A stretch of DNA of 64,000 nucleotides from an uncultured Candidatus Saccharibacteria bacterium (GCA_964566795.1 CAZMIU010000001.1:79388-143387); one strand, 5' to 3'. Counted from the stretch's first letter, positions 37,379 to 46,939 are shown. The notes: generated by a model from the sequence alone, not told the origin. Numbers and translations are program-made.

Positions 37379-38323
37379 ATGGCAACTTCTGCAATAACTT
37401 TGGCTCGTGTATCGCATCGCTCCCGTCGAGAGGAGGGCGGAGTGGCACATGAGCCGAAGTTAGATCAGAAGAAGCACTACAGCGTCATGCCTCGCGAGGT
37501 TGTGGCGGCTCTTGCCGTGCAAAAGGGCGAGGTGGTGGTAGACGCAACTTTTGGCCAGGGCGGCCACAGCAAGGCGCTTAAGGCAGAGGCCAAGATCAAG
37601 CTCGTGGCACTTGATGCCGACCCGATGGCTGGCGAGGGTGTTGTCGAGGCCAACTTTGGCGACCTTAAGGAGGTTATGGCAAAGCTTGGAGTTACTGCAA
37701 TAGACAAAATCGTCTTTGACCTGGGCTGGAACAAGGGTCAGCTCATGTCGGGCCGCGGCTTCTCGTTTATGCACGACGAACCTCTGGTGATGAGCTACAG
37801 CGAAAGCCCTCGCTCGGGCTTTACCGCCGCAGAAATCCTCAACACCTTTACCGAAAAGGCCCTGGCGGACATCTTTTTTGGCTACGGCGAGGAGCGCTAC
37901 GCGCGCCGCGTGGCCAAGGCTATAGTCGAGCGCCGCAAGACCAAGCCCTTTGAGACCACGCTCGAGCTTGTAGAGGTGATCAAAGATGCGGTACCCGCAG
38001 CCTACCGCCGCGGCCGCCTCCACCCGGCAACCAAGAGCTTTCAGGCACTGCGCATCGCCGTTAACAACGAGCTTGGCGTTATCGAGCAGGGCCTTAATGC
38101 GGCATGGCAGCTCCTGTCCTGCGGAGGCCGCATCGCAGTTATCACCTTTCATAGTATTGAGGACCGGCTGGTAAAGAGGACCTTTGCCGCCTTTGTAAAG
38201 GGCGGGGGAGGGCGCCTCTTATATAAAAAGCCCCTGATACCAAGCCAGAGAGAAGTTAAGGAAAACCCAGCCTCACGATCAGCTAAGCTCCGCGCAATCG
38301 AAAAACTATGCCAAGAAAAATAA
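37379..38323 (+). CDS. rsmH: 16S rRNA m4C1402 methyltransferase
   Basis: DATFGQGGHS, FQALRIAVNNEL, TFHSIEDR. Confidence 0.95.
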   Translation: MATSAITLARVSHRSRREEGGVAHEPKLDQKKHYSVMPREVVAALAVQKGEVVVDATFGQGGHSKALKAEAKIKLVALDADPMAGEGVVEANFGDLKEVMAKLGVTAIDKIVFDLGWNKGQLMSGRGFSFMHDEPLVMSYSESPRSGFTAAEILNTFTEKALADIFFGYGEERYARRVAKAIVERRKTKPFETTLELVEVIKDAVPAAYRRGRLHPATKSFQALRIAVNNELGVIEQGLNAAWQLLSCGGRIAVITFHSIEDRLVKRTFAAFVKGGGGRLLYKKPLIPSQREVKENPASRSAKLRAIEKLCQEK

Positions 38324-38631
38324 CACCACTCGCCCTCTACCACTTGTACGTGCGCCGCGCGGTCGCAAGCCTCGTTGCTTTTATTGTCGTGTGCGCGTTC
38401 ATGTATGGCTTTTTCCTGCTCGAGGCAGTGTCGCACGCGGCTAACCACGCCGAGGCGCGCCGCGAGATAACCTCTATATCGTCTAAAGTCGGCGGCCTGC
38501 AGTCGCAATACTTAAGCGCAACCAAGGCACTTACCCCGGAGCGCGCTAGGGCGCTTGGGTTTGTGGCGCCGGTGCACACTGCCACAGTCTACGCAGACGT
38601 CACTACCGCTGCTCTGTCTACAAACCGATAG
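38308..38631 (+). CDS. FtsL-like protein
   Basis: TM plus coiled coil, ARALGF; synteny. Confidence 0.6.
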   Translation: MPRKITPLALYHLYVRRAVASLVAFIVVCAFMYGFFLLEAVSHAANHAEARREITSISSKVGGLQSQYLSATKALTPERARALGFVAPVHTATVYADVTTAALSTNR

Positions 38632-38643
38632 TACACTCTAAAG

Positions 38644-40161
38644 ATGTCGTCCCGATTTGTGCTCAGAGTGCGCCTGCTGACAGCGCTGCTTATTTGCGTG
38701 GGGCTCGTCATCATTGGCAAGCTCTACATACTGCAGGTGGTGCACGGGCAGGAGTATGCGCGCCGCGCCGATGCCCAGATTACTGCAACCCACAACCCGC
38801 TGCTTAACCGGGGCTCAATCTATTTTAGTGACAAAGAGGGCACGCCTATACTCGCGGCAACACTCAGAGAGGTAGACGACACGGAGAATCACCAGCGCTT
38901 CTATCCCGGGGGCTCTTTGGCTGCGCGCACGCTGGGCTTTGTGGCGTACAACAACGACGACGAGCAAAAGGGGCGCTACGGGCTTGAGCGCTACTACGAC
39001 GGCGTTTTGGGCCGCTCGGGGGATAACCTGTACCGCAACTTCTTTGTCGAGCTGTTTGGCGCAGCCGAGGGAGTGCTCTCGGGCCGGGCGCAAAAGGGTG
39101 ATGTTATAACCTCGATCGAGCCCTCGGTACAAGGAGAGCTGGAGCGTACGTTAGACGAGTATGAAGACACGTGGGCGCCCAGGCTCTCGGGCGGCATCGT
39201 AATGGACCCGCACACGGGCGCTATTGTCGCCATGGCGCTAAGCCCCACTTTTGACCTCAATGAGTTTAACCACGAGGAGGACGCAACTATCTATGCCAAC
39301 CCCATGGCGCAAAATGTGTATGAGATGGGCTCAATCATGAAGCCCTTGACCATGGCAGCGGGGCTGGACTCCGGCGCGGTAAAGGTGGACACCACCTACG
39401 ACGACAAGGGCTGCGTGACCATAGACACCAGAAAGATCTGCAACTTTGACGGCGAGGCGCGCGGCGTTGTGCCCATGCAGGAGGTGTTAAGCCAGTCGCT
39501 CAACCTCGGCGCCGCATATGTGGCGGAAAAGATGGGCCCGGACACCATGCGCGAGTACTTTTTGGAGCACTACAAACTTAACGAGGAGACAGGCATAGAC
39601 CTGCCGGGCGAGGTGCGCGGGCTCACCAAAAATCTTGAGGGCAGGCAGGCTGTTGAGTTTGCCACAGCGTCCTTTGGTCAGGGCTTGGCAGTAACTCCCA
39701 TTGAGATGACACGCGCCCTGGCTGTTTTGGCCAACGGCGGCAAGCTGGTAACCCCGCATCTGGCAACTGCCATCAAGGAGGAGAGCGGCATCACGCGAGA
39801 GTTGGGCTGGGGAGAGCCCACGCAGGTCTTGAGCCCCCAGACGGTTACTGCGGTCACGCGGATGCTTACGGCGGTGGTGGACGGACCTCTGGCTAACGGC
39901 AGCCTTAAGATGGATCACTGGAGTATAGCCGCTAAAACCGGCACCGCGCAGATTGCCGATCCAAACGGCGGCGGCTACTACAAGGACCGCTACCTGCACA
40001 GCTTCTTTGGCTACTTCCCGGCGTATGACCCTAAGTTTTTGGTGTTCCTGTTTGCGACAGAGCCGCAAGGAGCCCCCTTTGCATCCCAAACCTGGGCCCC
40101 ACCGTTCAAATCCCTCACGCAATTCTTGATTAATTACTACAACATCCCCCCTGACCGATAA
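38644..40161 (+). CDS. ftsI: Division transpeptidase FtsI-like PBP
   Basis: GSIMK, SLN, KTGTAQ; dcw context. Confidence 0.82.
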   Translation: MSSRFVLRVRLLTALLICVGLVIIGKLYILQVVHGQEYARRADAQITATHNPLLNRGSIYFSDKEGTPILAATLREVDDTENHQRFYPGGSLAARTLGFVAYNNDDEQKGRYGLERYYDGVLGRSGDNLYRNFFVELFGAAEGVLSGRAQKGDVITSIEPSVQGELERTLDEYEDTWAPRLSGGIVMDPHTGAIVAMALSPTFDLNEFNHEEDATIYANPMAQNVYEMGSIMKPLTMAAGLDSGAVKVDTTYDDKGCVTIDTRKICNFDGEARGVVPMQEVLSQSLNLGAAYVAEKMGPDTMREYFLEHYKLNEETGIDLPGEVRGLTKNLEGRQAVEFATASFGQGLAVTPIEMTRALAVLANGGKLVTPHLATAIKEESGITRELGWGEPTQVLSPQTVTAVTRMLTAVVDGPLANGSLKMDHWSIAAKTGTAQIADPNGGGYYKDRYLHSFFGYFPAYDPKFLVFLFATEPQGAPFASQTWAPPFKSLTQFLINYYNIPPDR

Positions 40162-40310
40162 GAGGATAAGTATGAGAGTAGGTGAACAGTCAAAAAACAC
40201 TACACCACAAAAATCACAACATATTGGGGCTAAGCCCCAATATTTTCTAAAAAGTGTGGTCTGATATTAGCGCTTGATGTGTATCAGTGAGTGGTAGGAT
40301 ATAAGGAACG

Positions 40311-41615
40311 ATGAAGCAGCTGCTCAAGACACTTATTGTTTCTATTTTGCAGTGGGAGGCAAAAATGGTGCTGCGCAAGTATAAGCCGCATGTGGTGGCT
40401 ATCACCGGTAGTGTGGGCAAGACCTCGACCAAAGACGCGGTGTACGCTGTGCTGCAAAAAAAGTTCCATGTCCGCAAATCCGAGAAGAGCTTTAACTCAG
40501 AGATTGGGGTGCCTTTAACGATACTGGGCCTTGGCAACGCGTGGGGTAACCCCCTGCACTGGATACAAAATATTATTGACGGGCTTTTGCTAGTACTTAC
40601 CACCAAGGCCTACCCGGAGTGGCTGGTCTTGGAGGTTGGGGCCGACAGGCCGGGCGACATCAGCTCGCTTGCCTCGTGGCTCAAGGTAGACGTTGCAATT
40701 ATTACGCGCCTGCCGGAGGTGCCGGTGCATGTGGAGTTTTTTGACTCGGTAGAGGCGGTGATAGAGGAGAAGGCCTCTTTGATGGATGCTGTAAAGCCCG
40801 GGGGCGCGATACTCTTGTATGCCGATGATGAGCGTACCCGTAAGCTAGAGCAGCGTCTGCCCGCACCGGACGCACAGATTGTGCTGTTTGGCTTTGAATC
40901 GCAGACCGATGTATGGGCGAGTCGGTTTGAGGTGGTAAGAGAGCACGGCAGCCACAGTTGGCCGCTGGGTATGCGCGCGACGATAACTATCGGCGGGGAG
41001 TCAGCACCTGTTGAGATTGTGGGCTCTCTGGGCACGCATGCGTTTTTGCCTGCAGTGGCTGCCGCTGCAGCGGGACATGTGCTTGGCCTCTCCTTGCAAG
41101 AGATTGTGGCGGGGCTCGAGAGCTTTGACCCGCCCGCCGGGCGCGTGCGCTTGCTGCCGGGCATTAAGGGCAGCCTTGTGATAGATGACACCTACAACGC
41201 CTCGCCTGCGGCCACCGAGGCGGCATTAAACGCACTTGCGCTCACCAGGGGCAGGCGCTCAATTGCCGCCCTGGCCGACATGATGGAGCTGGGCCGGCTT
41301 AGCGTGGAGGAGCACCGTAAGGTGGGGGCAAAGGCCGCCAAGGTCTGCGACCTATTGATTGTGGTGGGCGTGAGAGCGCGCGATATTGCGATGGGGGCGC
41401 TCGACAACGGTATGCCTGACCAAAACATTTTGCAGTTTGAGGATGCGGGTAAGGCCGCCCTCGAGATCCAAAATTTGATACAGGAGGGCGACGCAGTGCT
41501 GGTTAAAGGCAGCCAGAGCATGAGGATGGAAAAAATTGTCGAGGAGATTATGCAGGAGCCCGAGCGCGCAGGGGAGCTACTTGTGCGGCAGGATAGGGAG
41601 TGGAAGAAACGCTAA
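40311..41615 (+). CDS. murF: UDP-MurNAc-tripeptide D-Ala-D-Ala ligase
   Basis: ITGSVGKTSTK, DDTYNASP, DMMELG, LVKGS. Confidence 0.92.
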   Translation: MKQLLKTLIVSILQWEAKMVLRKYKPHVVAITGSVGKTSTKDAVYAVLQKKFHVRKSEKSFNSEIGVPLTILGLGNAWGNPLHWIQNIIDGLLLVLTTKAYPEWLVLEVGADRPGDISSLASWLKVDVAIITRLPEVPVHVEFFDSVEAVIEEKASLMDAVKPGGAILLYADDERTRKLEQRLPAPDAQIVLFGFESQTDVWASRFEVVREHGSHSWPLGMRATITIGGESAPVEIVGSLGTHAFLPAVAAAAAGHVLGLSLQEIVAGLESFDPPAGRVRLLPGIKGSLVIDDTYNASPAATEAALNALALTRGRRSIAALADMMELGRLSVEEHRKVGAKAAKVCDLLIVVGVRARDIAMGALDNGMPDQNILQFEDAGKAALEIQNLIQEGDAVLVKGSQSMRMEKIVEEIMQEPERAGELLVRQDREWKKR

Positions 41616-41662
41616 CTGCTTAGCATTCTTCCGGTCGCTGTCTGGAGCGTGGAGTGATGAGC

Positions 41663-41692
41663 GAAGCGCCCCTTGCGGGGCGCTTCTTTTTT
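41663..41692 (+). terminator. Intrinsic terminator
   Basis: GAAGCGCCCC-TTGC-GGGGCGCTTC-TTTTTT. Confidence 0.8.
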
Positions 41693-41715
41693 GTAGTCAC
41701 AAGTCGACTTGGGTC

Positions 41716-41875
41716 GTCAGCCTGGCCACAAGTCAAAAAGTTGTCGTCGCTACGGGGATTCGGTCAGCCTGGCCGACAGATAATTCAATCGCCGTCGCGA
41801 TTGAATTTCCGCCGGCCCCGCGTCAGCCTGGCCACGAGTCAAAATCGCTCGTCAGCGATTTTGCTTGCCGGCCCC
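41716..41875. repeat. Three GTCAGCCTGGCC direct repeats with hairpins, downstream of tRNA-Glu
   Basis: Copies start at 41716, 41763 and 41822; 13-nt tRNA fragment at 41750-41762. Confidence 0.7.
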
Positions 41876-41960
41876 GGCGCACGGTTTTGCCAGTGCAAAA
41901 CAACGTTTGCACCCGTCACAAGCGCACAAAACTCCGCAGCAGTGCGGAGTTTTGGCCTTG

Positions 41961-42032
41961 TGACCCTACGGGGATTCGAACCCCGATTTGATCCGTGAGA
42001 GGGATCTGTCCTAACCATTAGACGATAGGGCC
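41961..42032 (-). tRNA. tRNA-Glu(CTC)
   Basis: GATCC-CT-CTC-AC-GGATC anticodon arm, GGTTCGAATCC. Confidence 0.95.
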
Positions 42033-42206
42033 CTTGTTACACAGGGCCATATGCCCGTCGCGGCGCTCGGAACAAGAGCAAGCTCTTGTTCCTCACTTTG
42101 CTAGGTCATAGGGCCTCTATGTCGCACCCAAATAATGTACGACAATTTGCGCCAAAAGAAAAGGGCAGGGGTCGTATGACCTCTGCCCAAATCTATGCCC
42201 GTGCCC

Positions 42207-42665
42207 TTAGTGGTGCGTGCAGGCTTGTACAAAATCCCGGAGGATACTGCCGATGAGCTCCTGCATGTCATCGACATAGTGCGGCAAACCGTATTCTTGG
42301 GTGTCCCTGCAGGTGACTCTGACGCCGTTAATGTGCTTGGCCGTGCTCGCGACAATAATCTGGTCGTACCGCCTGTAGCAGGAGTGGTTGCGATAGGTGG
42401 TCGCGACAACCAGAGAGCGTCTGCTCCGGGTGCCGCTTATCCAGCGGTTGAGGCACAGCTGCGGATAGGGTAGCTGCTTTTGCAAGGCCAGCAGGATCTC
42501 GTCGGGCAGAAGTTGCCTCGCGATCTGCACGAGACGCTGGTTTAGGACGTCTGTCCCGTCAATGCACTTGTTGGTGCGGTTGGCCTCATAGAAGAGGTCG
42601 CGAACCGTGGTGCGACGCAAGGCGGATGTAGTGACGCCTGGCTGAATCGACTCGATCAGTGACAT
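42207..42665 (-). CDS. Hypothetical protein (SD-led)
   Basis: AAGGGGG SD; flanked by two related terminators. Confidence 0.55.
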   Translation of the reverse strand: MSLIESIQPGVTTSALRRTTVRDLFYEANRTNKCIDGTDVLNQRLVQIARQLLPDEILLALQKQLPYPQLCLNRWISGTRSRRSLVVATTYRNHSCYRRYDQIIVASTAKHINGVRVTCRDTQEYGLPHYVDDMQELIGSILRDFVQACTHH

Positions 42666-42748
42666 GGAACCCCCTTGTGTGTGCGAGACTGGTCTAACTG
42701 TAGCACCGCACACCCAAAAGAAAAGGGCAGGACTGTGAAGTCCTGCCC

Positions 42749-43090
42749 TCATGGCTCGTACGCCTCGATGGGCGCAAACGGCCTAAACTTGCCGTTAGTG
42801 CTGTTCATGGAGCTCCTCGCCCCAAGACGCCGCTTGAAGATGCGACCGAGGACCATCTTGTACGCGGTGTACTCGATGTCGTGGAGGTAGTTGTACCTCC
42901 CCAAGACCGCCTCAAGCAGCTCCTCGTAGTCTGTGATGACTCCGGTCGAGACTGCGTTGTCGTACTCGTCGACCATGGCCGTAATCTGCTCGAGTGAGAA
43001 GTGAATCTCGATCTCGTGCTTGGCCTTGATCTCATCGCGGACAGCGAGTGTGTCTGCGGCAACCTGATCGCACGGGTATGTCGACATCAA
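42749..43090 (-). CDS. Hypothetical protein
   Basis: 113-aa ORF overlapping the upstream stop codon. Confidence 0.55.
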   Translation of the reverse strand: MMSTYPCDQVAADTLAVRDEIKAKHEIEIHFSLEQITAMVDEYDNAVSTGVITDYEELLEAVLGRYNYLHDIEYTAYKMVLGRIFKRRLGARSSMNSTNGKFRPFAPIEAYEP

Positions 43091-43290
43091 GCGGCCTCGT
43101 CGGCTTCCTTGGTGCCCTCGACCCGTCTGATTTCGTAGTGCCGGCGCTTCTTACGGCGCTGGTCAATGATCTCGTCGACGCGCGCGAGCACGTCTTGGAG
43201 CGTCTCTTCGCGCCTCTCTATCGGCAAAGCGCTTACAAATGGCTCTCTCGCCATGGTCATCTCCTGGGTGGTGGTGATGGGGCGAGGCAT
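43087..43290 (-). CDS. Small hypothetical protein
   Basis: Promoter TTGACT-N17-TATAAT at 43318-43346; AGGAG SD before an internal ATG. Confidence 0.5.
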   Translation of the reverse strand: MPRPITTTQEMTMAREPFVSALPIERREETLQDVLARVDEIIDQRRKKRRHYEIRRVEGTKEADEAA

Positions 43291-43436
43291 ACGCTAAACC
43301 TTTAAGCCTCTGGCGAGATTATACTCCAAAGACACGTGAAAGTCAAGTGAGGAAAAACGAAAGTGTGCATAGAAAAAGGCCGCGGGGTTTAATCCGCGGC
43401 CTTTCGCACAGTTGAGGTATAGAACAGTAGAGGAGC

Positions 43437-44327
43437 TTACCCCTTGCCGCCGAAGTCGTCGATCATGAAGCTGACCGATGACCCGCCAACGAAGGTGATG
43501 TCGATCTGGAGGTCGGTGTTGATGTAGCGCATATCCTCGCCATTAACCCCGGTCTGCGTGAGGCTGTAGTTGCCCCCGTAGATCAGCACAGTGTCGCCAA
43601 GGTCGCCGTTCTTAAGGATAATCTCGCCGACCGCGCCGTCCGACCAAGAGTCGAGCCGCACCCGGTCGTTGCCGTCCAGGTAGTTGCCGAACTGGATCGT
43701 ATCACCAACCGACGCGTAGAACACGTCGTCGCCCTGGCCGCCGCGCATGATGTCGGCACCTTGACCGCCGTACAGCGTGTCCTTGCCCGCATCGCCCCAG
43801 AGCTTGTCGTCGCCACGACCACCTTGCAGGTAGTCGTCGCCGGTGCCGCCATGGAGCTCGTCGTCGCCAGCGTAGGCGACGATTGTGTCGTCGCCCGAGC
43901 CACCAAAGACGATGTTGTCGCCGCCGGCGTCCTCGCGGGCGTAGGAGTACCAGTAGGTCTCGACGACACCGTCTTGGTTGACGATCTCGTACGAGGCCCA
44001 CACCAGCTCAACGCCAACCCGGATGTAGTCGTTGCCGGACCCGCCGTTGACGAAGTTGTCGCCGGTGCCCGCCTCCAGTATGTCGTCGCCCGAGCCGAGG
44101 CTCAGGTAGTTATCGCCGTCGCCGACGTAGATCTGGTCGTGGCCAGAACCGCCATAGATGCGGTTACTGCCTTGATTGCCGAAGATGATGTCGTCTCCGG
44201 CAAAGCCAAAGATGGTGTCATCCCCGGCAAAGCCGTAGAGCGCGTCTTTCTGCGACGTGCCGTACAGGGTCAGCGCAGTTGCAGCGGGCTTCATCGGTAA
44301 GGATGTACCGGTGCTTGTAGGTGTCAT
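43437..44327 (-). CDS. RTX/hemolysin-type calcium-binding repeat protein
   Basis: Many GGxGxDxLx nonapeptides; TTGACA-N17-TATGGT at 44398-44426; AAGGGG SD. Confidence 0.88.
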   Translation of the reverse strand: MTPTSTGTSLPMKPAATALTLYGTSQKDALYGFAGDDTIFGFAGDDIIFGNQGSNRIYGGSGHDQIYVGDGDNYLSLGSGDDILEAGTGDNFVNGGSGNDYIRVGVELVWASYEIVNQDGVVETYWYSYAREDAGGDNIVFGGSGDDTIVAYAGDDELHGGTGDDYLQGGRGDDKLWGDAGKDTLYGGQGADIMRGGQGDDVFYASVGDTIQFGNYLDGNDRVRLDSWSDGAVGEIILKNGDLGDTVLIYGGNYSLTQTGVNGEDMRYINTDLQIDITFVGGSSVSFMIDDFGGKG

Positions 44328-44447
44328 GGTGTAGCCCCTTTATGTGAGGCGCCCTTGGGCGCGAAACAACTGGCCCCAGTGGCCAGTTCTATCCGCTACC
44401 ATATACTATATATAGACACTTGTCAAGTAGTGTGGTATCGCCTAAAA

Positions 44448-44900
44448 CTAGGCAAACATCCCATCTACTACTTCTTTGACGATAGTGCCGTCGGCCTTGC
44501 CCTTGAGGTCCTTCATAAGGGCGCCCATCACCTTATTGGCACCGGTCTTGTCTGTCACACCCATCTCGGCCGCCTTGGCGGTTACAGCGGCAACAATCTC
44601 CTCACGGCTCATCTGAGCGGGGAGCATAGTCTCTAAAATAGCGAGCTCGGCCTTCTCTCCCTCCGCAAGCTCGGGGCGGCCGCCGTTGGTAAACTGCTCT
44701 ATAGAGTCCTTGCGCTGCTTGGCACCGCGCATGACCACGGTCAGCACCTCGTCCTCGCTCAATTGTCCGTCCGGGCCATAGCCCTTGGAAACCGCCTCGT
44801 TGGTGCACGCAGAAATGAGCCCGCGCACCACGCCGAGCTTAACCGAGTCTTTGGCGCGCATGGCGTCCTTCATCATCTCTTTCAAATCAGCTTGAGTCAT
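44448..44900 (-). CDS. GatB/YqeY domain protein
   Basis: KDAMRAKD, KQRKDSIEQF, LPAQMS, KGKADG. Confidence 0.9.
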   Translation of the reverse strand: MTQADLKEMMKDAMRAKDSVKLGVVRGLISACTNEAVSKGYGPDGQLSEDEVLTVVMRGAKQRKDSIEQFTNGGRPELAEGEKAELAILETMLPAQMSREEIVAAVTAKAAEMGVTDKTGANKVMGALMKDLKGKADGTIVKEVVDGMFA

Positions 44901-44965
44901 GGTCTAGTTATTTACAATTGTATTTGTGTATTTTACCACACAGTGGCGCATGGTAAAGTGGGCGC

Positions 44966-46051
44966 ATGGATCTCTTAACCACACTGGTTGCCGTACTTAT
45001 ACTGCTTGCGCTCGGCATCATTGCTTTGCTTATCCGGCTGCAGAAGGGGAGCGCCGCACCGCAGGACAGCCAGTCTCTTATACTGCTCCAAAACCAGCTC
45101 GCAGAGCTTACGCGCTCGATGGATGGGAAGTTGAGCGAGGGCAACAAAACCATGAGCGAGTTTATGACCGGCCAGCAGGGCCAGGCGCGCGAGCTTATGT
45201 CGACCATCACTAAGCAGGTGCAGGAGCAGCTGGTGGAGGTAGTGCGCGGTGTCGCAGAGACTAAGGAGGGCACCAAGCAGGTGCTTGTTGTGGCCGAGCA
45301 ACTGAGCAACTTAGAGAAGGTGCTTAAAAACCAAAAGCAGCGCGGCAACCTGGGCGAGGCGTCACTCGAGCTTATTTTGTCTAACGTGTTGCCGGGGCAA
45401 TATGTGCCGCAGTACCTCTTTAGAGACGGAGAAAAGGTAGACTTTGCCGTTAAGACCCAGGAGGGTCTCATATCGGTCGACGCCAAGTTTCCGTTAGAGA
45501 ACTATATGCGCCTTGTTAATGAGACCGACCCTGAGCGCCAAGAGAGTTACAGAAAGGAGTTCAAAAATGATGTTAAAAAGCGCATAGACGAAACAGCCAA
45601 GTACATACGGCCCGAGGAGGGTACACTGCCCTTTGCGTTTATGTATATCCCGGCCGAGGGCATCTACTATGACCTCCTTAACAACGATGTCGGGGTGGGG
45701 GTTAACGCGCGCGATCTTATTGACTATGCCTACCGCCAAAAGAGCGTGATCATCGTATCTCCCACGACATTCTTGGCGTACCTGCAGACGGTCCTCTTTG
45801 GCAATCAGCGCATGAAGGTGCAGGAGGCAGCCAAGGACATTATTAAGAACGTGTCGGAGCTCGCCAAGCATCTTAAGGCGTACGAGGACAGCCATAACTC
45901 GCTGGGCAAGTCACTAAACGCGGCACTCAACCACTACGACAAGTCGGGTAAGGCCTTTAAAGCGATAGACAAGGATGTTGTAAAGATTACGGATGAGTCG
46001 ATGCAGCTTAAGCTCGAGACCGCAGAAAAGACTCTCTTGGAGCAAGAATAG
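44966..46051 (+). CDS. rmuC: DNA recombination protein RmuC
   Basis: RGNLGE, VDAKFP, MYIPAEG, SPTT. Confidence 0.9.
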   Translation: MDLLTTLVAVLILLALGIIALLIRLQKGSAAPQDSQSLILLQNQLAELTRSMDGKLSEGNKTMSEFMTGQQGQARELMSTITKQVQEQLVEVVRGVAETKEGTKQVLVVAEQLSNLEKVLKNQKQRGNLGEASLELILSNVLPGQYVPQYLFRDGEKVDFAVKTQEGLISVDAKFPLENYMRLVNETDPERQESYRKEFKNDVKKRIDETAKYIRPEEGTLPFAFMYIPAEGIYYDLLNNDVGVGVNARDLIDYAYRQKSVIIVSPTTFLAYLQTVLFGNQRMKVQEAAKDIIKNVSELAKHLKAYEDSHNSLGKSLNAALNHYDKSGKAFKAIDKDVVKITDESMQLKLETAEKTLLEQE

Positions 46052-46097
46052 CAAAAGCCCGGCGCGCATGCCGGGCTTTCTAGTGCCTGTCAGAAAA

Positions 46098-46190
46098 CTA
46101 GACAGGGTATATGAGCGCTGCTCCTAAAACGATCGGCAGGGCCAGGATCGCAAATACCAGGCCCGCCTTGACTCCCTCCGACATGACCAT
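46098..46190 (-). CDS. 30-aa single-TM peptide
   Basis: GAGGGA SD, MVMSEGVKAGLVFAILALPIVLGAALIYPV. Confidence 0.45.
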   Translation of the reverse strand: MVMSEGVKAGLVFAILALPIVLGAALIYPV

Positions 46191-46316
46191 TGAAAGTCCC
46201 TCTTTGTTGGCCCTCTGCCCACCCCATAATCGCCCAGATACAGCCCTACGCAAGGGGGTTGTGCACATGGGGGTTTTGGGGTAGTATCTCCCTACGAGCC
46301 CCAGGCTCATTTTTGT

Positions 46317-46706
46317 ATGGCAACTGCGACTAAAAAGACCACCAAAGCCGCCCCCAAGGCAGCCAAGAAAGAGGCCCCAGCTTCCGGCGCATTTTCTGTC
46401 ATCCAGACCGGCGGCAAGCAGTATGTGGTTGAGGCCGGCTCAACGCTCAAGATCGAGAAGCTCCCCGGCGAGCACAAGGTGGGCGACACCATTGCCTTTG
46501 GCGAGGTGCTCGTGTCTGACAACGGCAAGGATGCTACCACTATTGGCGCACCATTTATCTCGGGCGCCAAGGTAGAGGCCGAGATCACCAAGATCGACCG
46601 CGCCAAGAAAGTAACGGTCATCCGCTACAAGGCCAAGTCCAACCACTTTAAGAAGCGCGGCCACCGCCAGCCTTACTTCGAGGTTAAAATAACCAAACTC
46701 GCATAA
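46317..46706 (+). CDS. rplU: 50S ribosomal protein L21
   Basis: IQTGGKQY, KRGHRQPY. Confidence 0.95.
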   Translation: MATATKKTTKAAPKAAKKEAPASGAFSVIQTGGKQYVVEAGSTLKIEKLPGEHKVGDTIAFGEVLVSDNGKDATTIGAPFISGAKVEAEITKIDRAKKVTVIRYKAKSNHFKKRGHRQPYFEVKITKLA

Positions 46707-46753
46707 CAATAAAAGCCGCCCCCAAGGGAGCGGCTTTTTTGTTTGGCCAGCAC

Positions 46754-46939
46754 TTAGTGCGTGGCAATGTAGATGCTGGCGCCGGCTAGCGCCAGAGCCA
46801 CAGCGATGCCGGGGATGCTGAAGATACTCAGAAACCAGCCTCTATTAAACCGGTCGGCCTCCTCGCGGTCGGCGCGTGCTGCGTCCTCGAGCTCTTCGCA
46901 GGTTGCCCGAGAAATGTTCTCAAACATGATGTTGGCCAT
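46754..46939 (-). CDS. Small tail-anchored protein (SD-led)
   Basis: GGGAGG SD, C-terminal TM. Confidence 0.5.
   Translation of the reverse strand: MANIMFENISRATCEELEDAARADREEADRFNRGWFLSIFSIPGIAVALALAGASIYIATH

Noticed and set aside
41716-41833. CRISPR array
   Set aside because: Repeat core is only 12 nt, spacing is irregular (47 and 59 nt), and no cas genes are in the window
42150-44430. Integron or prophage
   Set aside because: No integrase, attC core sites or virion genes; the hairpins look like terminators
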